Assembly (NCBI RefSeq): GCF_009914755.1
Contig: NC_060925.1
Source of the DNA: the human T2T-CHM13v2.0 reference genome, Homo sapiens
Reading direction: 5' to 3' (one strand)
DNA: 64,000 nt
A program made the position numbers and the translations under genes. Below the pieces are notes generated by a model. The model saw only the letters and a program-made list of their open reading frames with translations, did no database searches and had not been told where the DNA came from. The first letter of the stretch is position 1; every line of letters begins with the position of its first letter. Positions 1 to 20,187 of the stretch are shown piece after piece.

Positions 1-692
1 GCTTTCCCAAAGTAGTAAAGTACTGCACATATGGGTTTTGTGGCAGTCCTTGGAAATATCCTAGGTAGAACTTAATGTAGAAATAAAAAGGCTACCACAT
101 ATTTTCAATCCAAGTCATTTTTACAAGAAAAAAAAAAGTGACACAAAATAATGCACTTTAAGTTGGTAGCATACACAAGGTTATTTTTTAGCCTAACATA
201 GACAGGCCAAATCATTGAAATAAAAAAAATATAGAAAAACATAAAAGCCCATTAACTTCTGAATTTTGGGAAAGAAACAAGAAAGAGCCCAAAGTTTTCA
301 GATAGGCACACATAATTTAGATTAGAAATGAAAATGGGCTTTAAGCCCTATAAATATTGTTTTCCAAGAAAATAAGTTTTCAAAGTGCAAAATGACAACT
401 CAAAAAGGTCCCCTTTCCACCTCATGCAGGCAAAGGACATTTAAAAGCACATCCAACTAAATCAAAAAAGGGAGGATTAGAAATCACACTAGTTCATCCT
501 TCATTATCAGGGCTGGCTTCAAACCTGAATGTTTCTGAGTGGGATATGTTGCAAAAAAAAAAATTAAACTAGATCCAAGTTACATTTCCTCTAAAAAAAA
601 AAATGTCAAAGGACAGCTGCCAAGATTTGTTTTTAAAAGACACCTCTCAGGTAAGAGGTAGTGTATGCTAGCTAGGACTACAGGCTGCCAAC
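1..692 (-). other. PPP1R15B: PPP1R15B 3'UTR (proximal part, continues beyond window start)
   Basis: Follows stop at 693; U-rich on the minus strand. Confidence 0.9.
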
Positions 693-914
<222 letters not shown>

Positions 915-1084
915 CTACAAAAACAAAGACTAATTTTAATAACTGTCTAGGATCTTACAATCAGCATTGAGGTCAATAACCCTTTATGCTACCAATTCTT
1001 TCAGAATATTCCCAACTAAGAATAACATATTATTATTAGGAATATTTGGTCCCAGCTATATTTGAAGTTAAAAAAAAAGTTCTG

Positions 1085-1366
<282 letters not shown>

Positions 1367-4057
1367 GTTCAGATTAGATGGCATTTGGATAAAATAGTGA
1401 ACAAATGTCACCTAAATATTTCATATAGAGATATATATCTTTCATCTATATATACTTCATTTATCTATATCTGCATAATATACACACACAGTCGTCTGCC
1501 CCCCCCAATCCCCCACCAGCCCTTGGCTTTTGGTGTTAATAAAATGAATCCAGATAGGGAATTGAATTTTTCATGCTGTTATTAACCCCTGCTATTTTTT
1601 AATCCTTAGGGAAATACAGTTCTGTGATATTTTTCCCTCAAAATGACAAGCAAAATATTTCTGAAAATAACCACTATATCCCTGGAAGTCACTGTTTTTA
1701 TCACTGCATAAAGGCTTTAACAATATTTTTGCTTACTTCTATTCTTTTTCCTTTTAAAAATTTTTTTCACTTTCCAACTTTTAAATCAACATGTTGTACT
1801 ATTTTTGTATCATTACTTTGGCAATAACAATACAGAAGAGAAAAAGTTACTTAGTAAACAAAGTATAGCAAAATTAGTATTTTTAAAGCTGTGTTACTCT
1901 AAGAAACTTTGTAGTTAAGATTTTAAAAACCTTTGTATTCAATATGCTATCACTATATATGAAATTGTGATTCTAATATACATAATGACATGTAATGAGT
2001 GACAATCCCTACTCATTACTAATCACTACTTAATTTCTAATGAAGTTTCTTTCTAAGATATCAAACTCCAAAAGTAAATACTTGCTTTCAAGTATGTTTA
2101 ATAGTTACATCAGCTAACCCCAATGTGGCCTACTACTTTCGTTCCCTTTACATCAAGCCAAGGGATGCCCCTGAGGACAATTAGCAGGTATGTAACACCT
2201 TACTAGTTATTGCATTCTAGTCTTGAATACTACTCATTCATTGTGTCATTAAGATAAATAATAAAAACGTACAGTGTTTACCATATACCAGGCTTTTTTT
2301 AAAGAGCTTTACATTTTTATCTCATCTAATCCTCACATTAACCCTATGAGGTATGGACTATTATCATCCCCATTATACCGATAAGAAAACAGAGGTAGAA
2401 GGGTTTTTTAGACTCACTGTCCATCATCCTATATACTCCATATATTCCATACACCATTCCCCATATATACCAATGGCAGGTAGTCAAAGGCTGTCAAATA
2501 ATTATATCATATTCAGACATAATCATTTATAAATTCTGCTTCTAGTTCATAGTCAATAGTATCATCTACTCCACTCATTTCATTTTACTCAACGAGCAAG
2601 CTAAAACAAGACATGAGACTGGCCTGAGGTCTCTCAATAAGAGCTAGCATTTAAAGGCAAGGCAATAAATTCTGAGTTTTATTTACTTGTCTCATTTAAA
2701 TCTTGCAATAACTTGTACAATAGATATTATTATTTTACCCATCAAGTAAGAGTGAATTGAGGCCATGAGAGTCAAGCAACTTCCCAGGTCTGGCTGCCTT
2801 CCAAATCTCTGCGCCTTAACCACTGAGGAGTAGAGAACACAGGGCTCCAGCTGCCAAGTGCTCATTCCATTGCCCCACTTTGTTTCTTACCTATTCATTC
2901 TAAATAGGTCATTTTGTCAGGGGCCCCTTAAAAGGACAAAGAGAGATGGCATTTACAAAGTGTGAACTAAAATTTAATCTTTAACATGACTTATTCTGCC
3001 CTAAAGGTAAGACGTAAGATTATCACCATTTTGAGACATTTTCTACCCAGGAATAATTTCAAAGTAGTAAGCTGGCCATGTGGAGCCAAGAGATTATGGT
3101 ACTGTCCATTTGAAACGCCCCAGTGAGGCAGAATCTGAGGTCAATAATAACTCACCCACTAACTTCTCTCTCCAAGTAACGGTATAGAAAACTAAAAAAA
3201 CGTTCCCTCTACAATAATAGACACCTTTGAGTTTGGAGAAGAGTTCAATTAATAACTTTAGTTGAATCAACTATAAAGAAAAACAAACCAACTCTAAAGA
3301 CTCCCAAAATAAGGTTAACCTGACAATGTAATTAAAGCGTAAAATGCTGCATGAAGTTTTAAGACTAGCCTGGGAAAAGGAAGCAACTAGTCAAGATAAA
3401 CCAAGTAAGTGGCCATCACTGTTTATTATTAATATTAACCTGTAGCTGACCACTGATAACTAGCATTGCATTCCTAAGAAAAGGCAATACCATTTCCTGT
3501 ACTGGCTTTGACTTTCAATTAAAACCATGTAATGTCAAAACCAGTGAAATTACTATTTAATTTCATGGCCAATTGGACCAGATAAATCTGACTTGCTACT
3601 TGATATCATCATCCCTTTGGGTTGTAATGGACAGGAATGAAGACACTCTTGTTATATGCAAAAAAAATATTAAGTATTTGCAGACAACATACATTTAAAA
3701 TCATTTTAAAACTCTATGGCTGTAACAGGACCTTTTCAATCTCTAGAAAAATTAAATCGTGTACACACAAAGTTTAATAGTCCGTTAAAAAGTGTGAAAA
3801 ATTGAAGCTTGTAAGGAAACAGTCCAGAACTACCAACCCAAATAAAAATGGCACTTTCCTGCTAACATCTACACACTGGTATGTTCGTTTTGGACAGCAA
3901 CAATGTGCATTGGGGTGGGGGGTGAGGGACAGGAGGAGAAGGGTCATTTACATATTTCTCAATCCAAGTATATGAATTTAGAGGCCTTCCTCAAAAATAC
4001 ATGCACTCCTAAGCCTCCAAAGTCATGCTGCTATATTTAAGCATATAAAAACAGTCA

Positions 4058-6034
<1,977 letters not shown>

Positions 6035-6088
6035 TCAGGTAGGGCCGCGGCGCTCAGCGGCTGGAGGTCGACGGGATTCGGAGGAAGC

Positions 6089-6244
6089 CTACAGAGTCTC
6101 GGCCTTGCCCAGCGGTGGCGTCGCTGCTCCAGGCCGATCTTCGAGCCAGCAGAAAAGCCACAGAGGGCAGCGAATGCGGCAGCGGGCGGCAGAACACAGG
6201 GAAGAACAGCCCGCGCAATAGGCGGCGACTGATGCGACTTCCAT
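6089..6244 (-). CDS. PPP1R15B uORF2, 51 aa (MEVASVAAYCAGCSSLCSAARCRIRCPLWLFCWLEDRPGAATPPLGKAETL*)
   Basis: Hand translation; ATG in strong context GCCAGGATGG; TAG 6089-6091; 75 nt before the main ATG; CReP is known to carry uORFs. Confidence 0.8.
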   Translation of the reverse strand: MEVASVAAYCAGCSSLCSAARCRIRCPLWLFCWLEDRPGAATPPLGKAETL

Positions 6245-6265
6245 CCTGGCGGGGAAGGAGGTTCC

Positions 6266-6292
6266 CTAGTCGGCTCGACGCTTCAACACCAT
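6266..6292 (-). CDS. PPP1R15B uORF1, 8 aa (MVLKRRAD*)
   Basis: ATG 6292-6290 (context TCCATGG, no -3 purine), TAG 6266-6268. Confidence 0.7.
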   Translation of the reverse strand: MVLKRRAD

Positions 6293-6814
6293 GGATAGGA
6301 GTCCCCCCACGGCCTCGGCGATGGTTTTCCGACTGACAGAGGGTTGAAAAGCCCCTGAGCAACGCGATACCGGAAGGACTGGGTAGGCCGGCTGGTGCGG
6401 TGGAAGCGAAGCCCAAAATGGCCGCAGGGCCCGCGCGCCGGCAGGACACCCCCCTAGACGCCGGAAGAGACGCAGGACTGTTGGGCGTCTACGTCGCTAG
6501 CGCCGCGCCGCCCAACGTCACTCGCAAAATCCCCGGGGGGCGGGCCTTTCCGCCCACTTCCGTGTGGCCGCCGATTGGTTTTGCCAGATTTCCCTGTCGG
6601 CTTCCTTACTCGAGGTAGAGCCGCACGGCAGCGTGAGGTTGCATCAGCCGGGGGGGGGGGAATGCACGCATGCGCAGTCGTTTCTGTGTGTTCTCCTAGG
6701 AGACCGCCCCAACAGCCCTCTAGGTTAAAGGTCTTGGGGAGGGAAGGGGTTTTCAAAATAACCCGAGAATTTCCCGGAGGCGTTTTGATGGCCTAATACA
6801 CACTGACGTGTGTA

Positions 6815-7099
6815 CAGTCATCCCCTCTCATGAAATGGGGATTAGTTCCAGGACCCCGTAGACACCAGAATCCGCAGACGGTCAAGTCCCTTATGTAAAA
6901 TGGTATAGTGTTTGCATATAACCTGCATACACCTTCCCAGATATTTAAACCATCCCCTAGATTAAGTATAATACCTAATACAATGCAAGTGCTATGGAAC
7001 TAGTTGTTATACTGTATTTATTTGTATTATGTTTTATTATCTTTATTTTTCCCGAATATTTTCAATCCATGGAAGGTTGAATGCCCCGCGGGCCAACTG
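6815..7099 (+). mobile_element. MER2-like TcMar-Tigger DNA transposon
   Basis: CAGTC...ACTG termini flanked by TA on both sides; matches recalled MER2 consensus. Confidence 0.8.
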
Positions 7100-7102
7100 T
7101 AG

Positions 7103-7717
<615 letters not shown>

Positions 7718-8226
7718 TGACAGATATTTCAGGGTTCTCCTATTGTTCAGTACTATGTAGACCATCAACCTGAGATCTTATGTAAAAGTTGGGCAGTGCT
7801 GCGTACATACATGTCTGGTGTGGGGCAAACTAAACTCACAGAGAAGCAGCTCAGTCCCCAGAACTATTTACTCTCTTTTATGCTTCCAAGCAGGCAACAT
7901 ATTCAATTCATATTTATTAATACTTCCTTAGCAACCAGAACCACAGAATACAACAGCCAAAAAGGAAACATGGACCACTATCCTTTGAAAAAAAAAATGG
8001 CTGGTAATTTTAATTGCTGTATTTGATTATCTCTTGTGAGTTTGGTCTTAGTTCATTTCTTTATTTCTGCTAAAACTCTGTAATAGATACCCCTGAAGTC
8101 AAGTACCAATTACAGAGGGAGGGTGGCAGTTATGAGCACTAGGGACAGCAGAAAAATCTTTAGGGAGCTGGGAGGAGACCAGCAGCTCCTCCTGCCTTAC
8201 TGGGCCTGTTCAAGGAACAACCACTT

Positions 8227-8520
8227 CTTTTTTTCTTTTTTGAGACGAGTCTCGCTCTGTTGCCCAGGATATAGTGCAGTGGTGTGATCTCTGCTCACTG
8301 CAACCTCCGCCTTCCTGGGTTCAAACTATTATCCTGCCTCAGCCTCCCTAGTAGCTAGGACTACAGGCACATGCCACCACGCCCGGCTAATTTTTGTATT
8401 TTTAGTAGAGACGGAGTTTCACCATGTTAGCCAGGATGGTCTCAATTTCCTGACCTTGTGATCTGCCCGCCTCAGCCTCCCAAAGTGCTGGGATTACAGG
8501 CGTGAGCCACCACGTTCGGC
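8227..8520 (-). mobile_element. AluS
   Basis: TSD acaaccacttcttt. Confidence 0.92.
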
Positions 8521-9230
8521 ACAACCACTTCTTTCTAGGAAGCCAAGAGGACCTCAGTTTCTGTTGTTTATCCTGTATTATTATCCATACCTCTGGAAAA
8601 TCTCAATCCTATGAACTTCAGAAAAATGTATTAATAATAGAGGTCAGTTTCATAATACAGATCCAAGTAGGCAAATTTGTTACCAGAAGCCTGTTTCTTG
8701 TAAAGTGAGGCTAGTAATTCCTCTTTCAATGGATTGGTAAGAAAACTAAGTTTTCTCAGTGCCTAGCCTAGACAGAGTAGGAGCACAAAGATTAGCTAAT
8801 ATTCTTGTGTGGTTCTGCTTTACAGTCTTCAGTTGTTTCCTCATTGCCTGCAGAATAAAGGCTCTATGCAGCCTGCCCTCCCACTGTACTCTTCCAGCCT
8901 CCTCTGTCACTTGTCTTCATGCATGTTATATTCTAGGAACATTGGACTTACCTGTACTCCTTGCTTCCTGCCTTTACTCATGCTGTTTCTCAGCCAAGAA
9001 AAGCTTCACCTTTCCTGTTACATACCTACTCATCCTTCAAGATCCAATTCAAATGTCAGCTTCTCCTTGAAGCCTTCATTGACCTTTCCAGCCAGAATTA
9101 ATGGATCCCTCACAGTACTTATATTATTCCGCTCTATTAGAGCACTTAACACATTGCATTACATATACCTGTAAGTATTCTCTCTTGCTGGTCCCTGAAT
9201 TCCTTGAGGGCTGTATCCAACTATCTAGAA

Positions 9231-10666
<1,436 letters not shown>

Positions 10667-10947
10667 AGGTAGTATGTTGACTGGTACATAATAGGTACCC
10701 AATAAATGTTTGTTGAATGAATGGAAGAGTAATAATACTTTAAAATAATGTCGTCTTCCTTAAGACCAAGCCTCTTGCATTCCACTCTCAACTTTGTCAC
10801 TGACTGACACCACACACCCCTGAAAACAATTTCTTAAAACTTTCTTGAATGGAACTCCCCTTCCCCATGTAGTCATTGGATATATAATTTTTATTCTTCC
10901 TTATGTTAGAAGTTCTAAAGAGGGAAAATGCAATCATAAAGTATTTG

Positions 10948-11220
10948 GGCTAGGCATGGTGGCTCATGCCTGTAATCCTAGCACTTGGGAGGTGGGTCAA
11001 TTGCTTGAGCCCAAGAGTTCAAGACCAGCCTGAGCAACATATGGCAAAACCCCATCTCTACAAAAAATTTGCCAGGTGTGGTGGTGTGCATCTGTGTTCC
11101 CAGCCACTCAGGAGGTTGAGGTGGGAGGATCACTTGAGCCCAGGAGGTTGAGGCTGCAGTGAGCTGAGAACATGCCACCACACTCCAGTCTGGGTGACAG
11201 ACTGAGACCCTGTCTTGAAA
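10948..11220 (+). mobile_element. AluJ whose tail runs into a GA-rich repeat
   Basis: Alu consensus. Confidence 0.88.
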
Positions 11221-11681
11221 GAAAAAGGGATGGAAGGAAAGAAAAGAAGAAAGAGGGAGGGAGGGAGGGAAGGAAGGAAGGAAACAAAGAGAAAAAAGGA
11301 AAGAAAAGGAAGGAAAGGAAAGGAAAAGAAGAGAAAGGAAGAATGGGAGGAAGGGAGGGAATGGAAGGAAGGGAGGGAAAGGAAGGAAGGAAGGAAAGAA
11401 GGGAGGGAGGGAGGGAAAGAAAGAAGGAAAGAAAAGGAAGAAGGAAAGGAAAGGGAGGGAGGGAGAGAGGGAAAGAAAGAAAAAAAGGGAAGAAGGAAGA
11501 AGGAAGAAGAAAGGGAGGGAGGGAGGGAAAAGGAAGGAAGGAAGAAAGGAAAGAAAGAAGAAAAGGAAGAATGGAAGAAGGGGGGGAGGAGAGGGAAGGG
11601 GAGAGGAGGGGGACAGGAGTGTGGGGGGAGGGGAGAGGGAGGGGAGAGAGAAGGAAGGAAGGGAGGGAAAAGAAAGAAAGA
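11218..11681 (+). repeat. (GGAA/GAAA/GGGA)n polypurine low-complexity tract, ~460 bp
   Basis: Almost exclusively G/A on the plus strand. Confidence 0.95.
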
Positions 11682-12785
11682 ACCTGAGCAACAGTCTACA
11701 AAAGTTTATGGAAAAAAAAAGTTTAAAAAATTAAAATATTTGAGAGCTGCCTCTGAGAATATGTGACTTTGCCTTGTTCGTCTCAGCTGGAAAAGTGTGA
11801 CTCAGCCTTCCCAAGCCTGCTAGAGGGCAGAGGGAGGCCAGATCTGTACACAGAGATAACATGTTGCCAAGGCCGTGTGCAAGCTGGTGAAGACAAAAAG
11901 TCCTTCCATTGGCAAGCTGACTGGCACTTTGGCCGGAGAAAATTAAAACCTCAGTTAATTCTGTTTATTTTAAAAGACTTTGCCAGACTGAGGTAAAGGG
12001 TATATGGCTCTTGATTTTTTCGGAGTCACCACCAGCTCCAAAATCTGATATCGCAGTATCTCCCACTCTGGCTGCCGCCTCCTACCAATCCACACTGCCC
12101 TGATAACCCTATTCAGCTGCTGGTTAACTCCTCAGAGACCACAAACCATTGCTCTTACCACTTTTTGTGATCCATCACACTCTTCATTTCCCTCCTTACT
12201 CAGCATGAATTTCCATGATCCAGTATTAAAACTACCCCCTTGCCCTTCTACTCCCTGGCAAAACTCCAACCCTAGTTAAACCCAACTACTCACGCATTCT
12301 GCGCCTGCACCCTTGCAGCTAATCATTGCTTAAGAAGATCGCTCAGACATGCTGAGTGACTCACTTCATACTTGTGATCACAATCTCATCGACACCAGGC
12401 ACTCCCACCACAGTTCCCTAGAAGCTTTGCTTCTCCTACACTCTGAGACTGTCTCACAATACTTCTTTCTTCAAATTTCCAGCATTTCCCATAAACACAC
12501 ATTCTCAGTTTATGATCACACTCATACTTCAAGAAAAAACAGATACAACTGGACATAAATCACCTCATCTTTCCCTGAACAAATCCACCGGCATCTGGAC
12601 CCACATAATCTGCCTTCAATCCTGCCACAACCCAAGAAACCTCCTGGATGCCATCCCTCCATTTTCACTTAAGGAATTCTGACCTCTCTTATCCCTTCTC
12701 CCTAGTAACATACACGTTTCTCTCACTAATAGATCATTCACATTTACATAACTTAATATCAGCTATATTAAAAATAAAAAGACCA

Positions 12786-13097
12786 CCCAGCATGGTGGCT
12801 TACGCCTGTAATCCCTACACTTTGCAGGGCCAAGGCAGGGGGCTTGAGCCAAGGCTTGAGCCCAAGTGTTCAAGACCAGCCTGGACGACATAGCAAGACC
12901 TTGTCTCTACAAAAATTTAAAAAATTCGCTGGGCGTGGTGGCTCACACCTGTAGTCCCAGCTACTCAGGAGGTTGAGGTGGGAGGACTGCTTGAGCCAAC
13001 GAGGTTAGGGCTGCAGTGAGCCAAGAACACACCACCACCCTGCAGCCTGGGTGACAGAGCAAGACTCTGTCTCAAAAAAAAGTAAATAATAAAAAAA
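12786..13097 (+). mobile_element. AluJ within L2 fragments
   Basis: Alu consensus, A-rich tail. Confidence 0.85.
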
Positions 13098-13300
13098 AGC
13101 CTTCCCTAGATACACACCCCTCCAAGCTTCTGCACCACCAGAGCGAAACCTCTCGAGAGTTGTTAGTGCTTATGGTCTCCACTTCCTCTTCACCTATACT
13201 CTCCCCAGCCTACACCAATGTGGCTTTCACCCCCACCACTCATTCAGGCAGCTCTTATCAAGGTCACCAAGACCACTTTGCTATGTTCACTCCTCTTGAC

Positions 13301-13755
13301 TGTTAGGGGTTGAACTGTGTCCCCCAAAAGATAAAGTCCTAAAGATAAAGTACTAAAGTCCCCTTAGTACCTGTGAATGTGATCTTATTTGGAAATAGGT
13401 TCTTTGCAGATGATCAAGTTAAGATGAGGTCATTATGGTGGGCTCTAATCCAAGATGACAGCGTCCTTATAAAAAGAGGAGATTTGGACACAGACATGTG
13501 CATGCACAGGGAGAGAATGCCACGGCAATGTGAAGGCAGAGACTGGGTTGATGCATATATAAGCCAAGGAATGCCAGATTGCCAGCAAACCTCCAGAAGC
13601 CAGGAGAGAAACATGGAACAGACTCTCGCACAGCCCTCACAAGGAATCAACCTTGCAGACACCTTGATTTTGGACTTCCAACCTCCAGAAATACATTGCT
13701 GTTTAAGCCTCTCAGTTTGTGATACTTTGTTATGGCAGCCCCAGGACACTGATCA
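13301..13755 (+). mobile_element. MLT1-type MaLR solo LTR
   Basis: TG start, gtgaatgtgatcttatttggaaatagg and ttgttatggcagccc hallmarks. Confidence 0.8.
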
Positions 13756-14324
13756 TACTTTTCTTTAGGTTGCCAGGACACCATTGATCTGCTCCTCCTC
13801 CTCCTCTAAATGTTGGCCTCAATCCACCCACATGCCTCTCTAACCTGGGTGATCTCATCTCATTCCATGGAATTAAATGCCATCTGAATGCTGATGACTT
13901 CCATATCTAAACTTCCAGACTGACTTCCCTTGGGCTTCAGATTCCATTCTATTATTTCTCCACTTAGATTTCTATCACACGTCTCAAACTTATCACAATC
14001 AGTAGTCTTGATTCAGCTCTACTGAACCTACCTCCCCACTCCCAGTAATTCCTCCAGAGGACTCTTTGCCTACATTCTGAGGCTCCACACTGAGGAGTCA
14101 ACCTCAACTCCCCTTTCCCTCGATTCCATATGCAGTCCATCAGCAAGTCCTGTCAGCTCTACCTTCAAAATATATCCAGAATTTGACCACTTTTACCATC
14201 CCCAAGCCACCATCATTTCCCTCCTAGACTACAATAGCCTCCTCTTCTGCTTCCATTCTTGCTTCGAACAGCAGCCAGAAGAATGATCCCTTAAAACATA
14301 AATTAGACATTACCGTTTTTCAGG

Positions 14325-14642
<318 letters not shown>

Positions 14643-15523
14643 TGAAAACCCCATCACCCTAAGAATAAAGCCTGAAGCTCTGATTGATTTTAACACTCAG
14701 ATCAGATATCCTCTCTGAAGCCCACTCTGCCTGCCCCACCCCTTCTTATGCCACCTTGTCCGTATCACACTGCACTGTATTTATTTCCATGCCTGCCTCC
14801 CTTGAAAGACTGAGTTCCTTGAAGACAGGATCCACACCTTTGTTATCTGAGTAGCCACAGTACCGGACACCTCGCCTCACCCAGAGTAAGCCATTAGTGT
14901 TGTTTGTTGACACTTTAGACAAGTCCCAGCCACCAGAAAATTCTCTCCCAATTTAAAATGCTGCCTCATTTTTTCACCTTTCAAATCCAGTCTAATCTTT
15001 GCTCCCCAAATCTCGGCAAGCTGGGCTGCTTCATTTTTGTCACCTCTCTTTGAACTCAGAAATCTGGGCCCCCTGGGCTGCCTTTGTTTCTTTTCTCCTT
15101 GGGCAACCTCTCTCTCTCATTCCCCACCTCTCTCATTCCCATTCCCTCAGGAGGGTTCAGATTTCTACCTCATTTGGCCACGAAATTTCCTTCACTAAGA
15201 CTCTTGGCAGATTCAAGTACTAACCTTTAAAAAGTCCATAGGGACTTGCCCAGAACTGCAGTGACACCTCAAGACCACTTAGAAATAAAGCAGTAACACT
15301 TCCTACTGTTTACTACTGAAAAATCCCTGGAAGCCCCCACAGAATTCCCCAGTATGAAACATGACTCCCCACTGGAGAGTTCTGAAGACTTCTGGGTACA
15401 ATGCTTGAACAAGGGTCACTTCACTTCCATCCTGCACTTGGGGGATTCCCTTCTGGGCTATGGTTATGCTGTAGTGGCTTGATAGTTTTGAGGCATCTCA
15501 AGTTTCAGTTTTTTCTCCTATAA

Positions 15524-15857
<334 letters not shown>

Positions 15858-16159
15858 TGGTAGTGAACTTCTTAAATGCAGAGAACTGTCTTAATTTACC
15901 TTGGTAAGCCCCAATCCAGTACCTAGAGTACAGGGCCCAGGATGCATTCAATACAATGTATTTTTTTATGAATGGAGGCATGCCACTAGGTAGCACTGGT
16001 AAGAACTGTAAATGTTTGTTGCAGAATTCATGAATGAGCCATACTTACTGTCCAGGGCAGTGGTAATGGAAGATGATATATATCATGTATAAAAAGCACC
16101 CGAAATACCAATTAGACCAACTTAAGGGATTGTATTAAACATTGCCTAGGAGGGGTTGC

Positions 16160-16783
<624 letters not shown>

Positions 16784-16794
16784 TGATAGTTTCA

Positions 16795-17196
<402 letters not shown>

Positions 17197-17225
17197 TTAT
17201 AGTTTCATTTTTTTCTCAAATGTCA

Positions 17226-17231
17226 TTTATT
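17226..17231 (-). terminator. PIK3C2B: PIK3C2B polyadenylation signal AATAAA
   Basis: TTTATT on plus strand, followed on minus by a U-rich tract. Confidence 0.8.
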
Positions 17232-17742
17232 AGAAAATACAATTCCCGAGAAAGGAGATACAAGGGATTCTGGGAAGTGGGAAGTAAACAGTACACAGAT
17301 CTCTTTAAATCAGGAGCATATAGGTCATAATAAAATGAGCTACAGGCACAAAGCCAGTAACACATTTATGGTCCGTTCATCTGGAAAAGTTTCACCGCCC
17401 ACTCCCCACTCCTCTTCCCCCTCCTGGAAGCAGCCAGCTTTATCCTTGGCATTTTAATTTTAGAGAAAATTTAAACTTCCATGCTGCCCTGTGGCTTCGG
17501 TCAATGGAGCTTCTTTCTCCAGTTATGGAATGAGTCAGCAAAACGGGGAGTTTCTGATCCTTGGAATTAGGGAGGGACAGTTTACAGAATGTCCTCATTT
17601 CACTCTTTTCCCAATCATGGGAAATATCCAGCCAATTCTGGTTTTAAAGATTCATATCAAATTCAAAGTCCCTCCCTCCTTTTGGCGAGGAAGACAACCC
17701 TTTGGAGCGAAACACAAAAGAGCAAATGTAAAATCCATCTGG

Positions 17743-18264
<522 letters not shown>

Positions 18265-19426
18265 TTATGGCCCCACAGAATGAGGAAAAGTCTTATAAAA
18301 AGGGTGACAGAAATGGAGTTTGGGAGGGAAGCAGCACAGCAGAAAGAAGTGGGGAGTGATGGATGGGGAATGCTTTCCAGAGGCTACCTAGCAAGCAGTC
18401 AGTAGCATCTGCAGCCTAGGGACCTCTTCCCAGGGCCAAGATGCTCTTGGGTGAAACTACATCTAAGGACTGAGTCAGTATTTTGTCCCACCAGAGACAA
18501 ATGAAGGGAGAGACCTATGGGGAAGCACCCCCAGCATATTCATAGAGACCAGCTGACCCCCAGAAGGGCCAGGAGAATGGAGGGGCAAGGGGTAGAAAAT
18601 GGTATTCAGGGCAAGTCCTAATAAAGTAGGGAAGACAAGAGGAAAAGTCCCCCCAAAAGAGCATGGGTCCCTGAATACGGGTCCTTGGCAGAACCCCAAT
18701 ACGGAAGGCCCTTCCTTACACATGTAGGTATCACAGCGCTCTCCTTTGGAGGCAAAATCAGAAAGGCCCAGTGGCACAAGCCTCAGTCCAGCACAGGCAG
18801 CCCTCCCCAACCCTCCCCAACCTGTCCTTAGAGAGGGCTCTGGCCGAGGACCCACTGGGCCCCTCCCCAGATAGTTCCTATAGCTAGAAAACGAAACAAC
18901 AACAACAATAACAAAAAAAAAAAACCTAGGGAAAAGTCCAATAAGAACCTTAATCATACAAAAAGTCCAAATAGTCTTCCTCTCTTGCCTTCTGGGGCAT
19001 AGGTACGTCCCTTCTCGCAAGGCTTCCTGTCCCAGTTAGGACAACATCACTATTTCATTTTTTAAAAATAAAAATTAAGATATCCACCCACCCACCCCCA
19101 AAATGCTACTTCATACAGCCCACCCCACACACTCCCCAAACCAAGCATTGCTCCCTTGACACAAGGTAAACTTAAAACTTTGCTGCAACCTCACAGCCTC
19201 CAAGGGGCTGCTCATCACAACCAACCCAAGTTCAGTCTCCAGAGGAAGAGACAGCAGAGCATGTCTTACTCTCCCTGCCTCCTACCACAGAGGCCAGAAT
19301 CACCTGGACCGAGCTGGAGGCCTGCCCAGGGCCCTGGCCCTTCACAAGGAGGAGTCTCACAGGGGAGAGTCCTCTCCCCCAGCTCCTGCCACCAGCCTGG
19401 GATGCTGGGTGGTGGCTCTGCTGGGC

Positions 19427-19615
19427 TCACAAGGTGCCATGACTTCGAGATCCCAGGGCGAACCAGCCGGTCTTCTCCTGAGCCAGGTCCAGCTCTCGCA
19501 GGCGGATGTTCACCTCACCGAGGAGGACGTTCTCCCAGAATCCCTGCTCACTCAGCACGCTCAGCTGGAGCTCCCGCTGCTGCAGGTCACCCTTGGGGAT
19601 CCCATCATATACCAA
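19427..19615 (-). CDS. PIK3C2B: PIK3C2B last coding exon LVYDGIP...SHGTL*
   Basis: Acceptor CAG at 19616-19618; TGA 19427-19429. Confidence 0.96.
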   Translation of the reverse strand: MVYDGIPKGDLQQRELQLSVLSEQGFWENVLLGEVNIRLRELDLAQEKTGWFALGSRSHGTL

Positions 19616-19937
19616 CTGCAAACATAGAGATGGGTGAGGGAAGTGGTGAGAGAAGGAACAAGAAGAATCCAGAGGGAACCCGAGAGGGAGATGGTAAAGT
19701 CTGTTGGGGGCTGATCCAGCTGAGGCTAGCACTCACCCTGCAGAGTCCCAGGTAATACAGAAGGCACACAAGGTACACAGACTCCAAGGGAAGCATTAAT
19801 GAACTCTGTTCTTTGCTCAGAGTTCAAGCAGGTGAGGGCTTTGTATTGGGGCCACTGCTCATTTTCAGCACAGGACCAGCAGGCTTCTCCTTCCCACAGG
19901 ATAGGGCCAGACCCCAGCCATGAAATCCCAGCCCAAA

Positions 19938-20160
19938 AGGGCTGGCAAACTTTTTATGTAAAGGGACAGATAGTAAATATTTTTAGGCTTGATAAGCCAT
20001 ATGGTCTATGTTACAACTACTCGATCCTGCCATTGCAACATGAAAGCAGCTACAGGTAACACCTAAATCAGCAAGTACAGCCATGTTCTTAATACAACAT
20101 CTTAATACGTTCTTCAATACGACTTTATCTAGGAGAACAGGCGCAGGTTGCCAACCCCTG
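19938..20160 (-). mobile_element. MER58A-like hAT-Charlie MITE
   Basis: gggctggcaaact...ggttgccaacccctg termini. Confidence 0.75.
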
Positions 20161-20187
20161 CCCTACCCCACCATTTTCCCCACCCAC

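Noticed and set aside
10978-11766. Long ORFs of 237, 171 and 183 aa
   Set aside because: Artefacts of the stop-free GA repeat plus Alu sequence
13327-13361. Short tandem duplications (also ~12841, ~20085, ~31220, ~44668)
   Set aside because: Ordinary slippage events, mostly inside old repeats
18475-19020. 181-aa minus-strand ORF in the PIK3C2B 3'UTR
   Set aside because: TTG start, low-complexity segment, no domain similarity
19156-19755. 199-aa plus-strand ORF, likewise 28932-29531
   Set aside because: Antisense shadows of PIK3C2B exons with no recognisable domain
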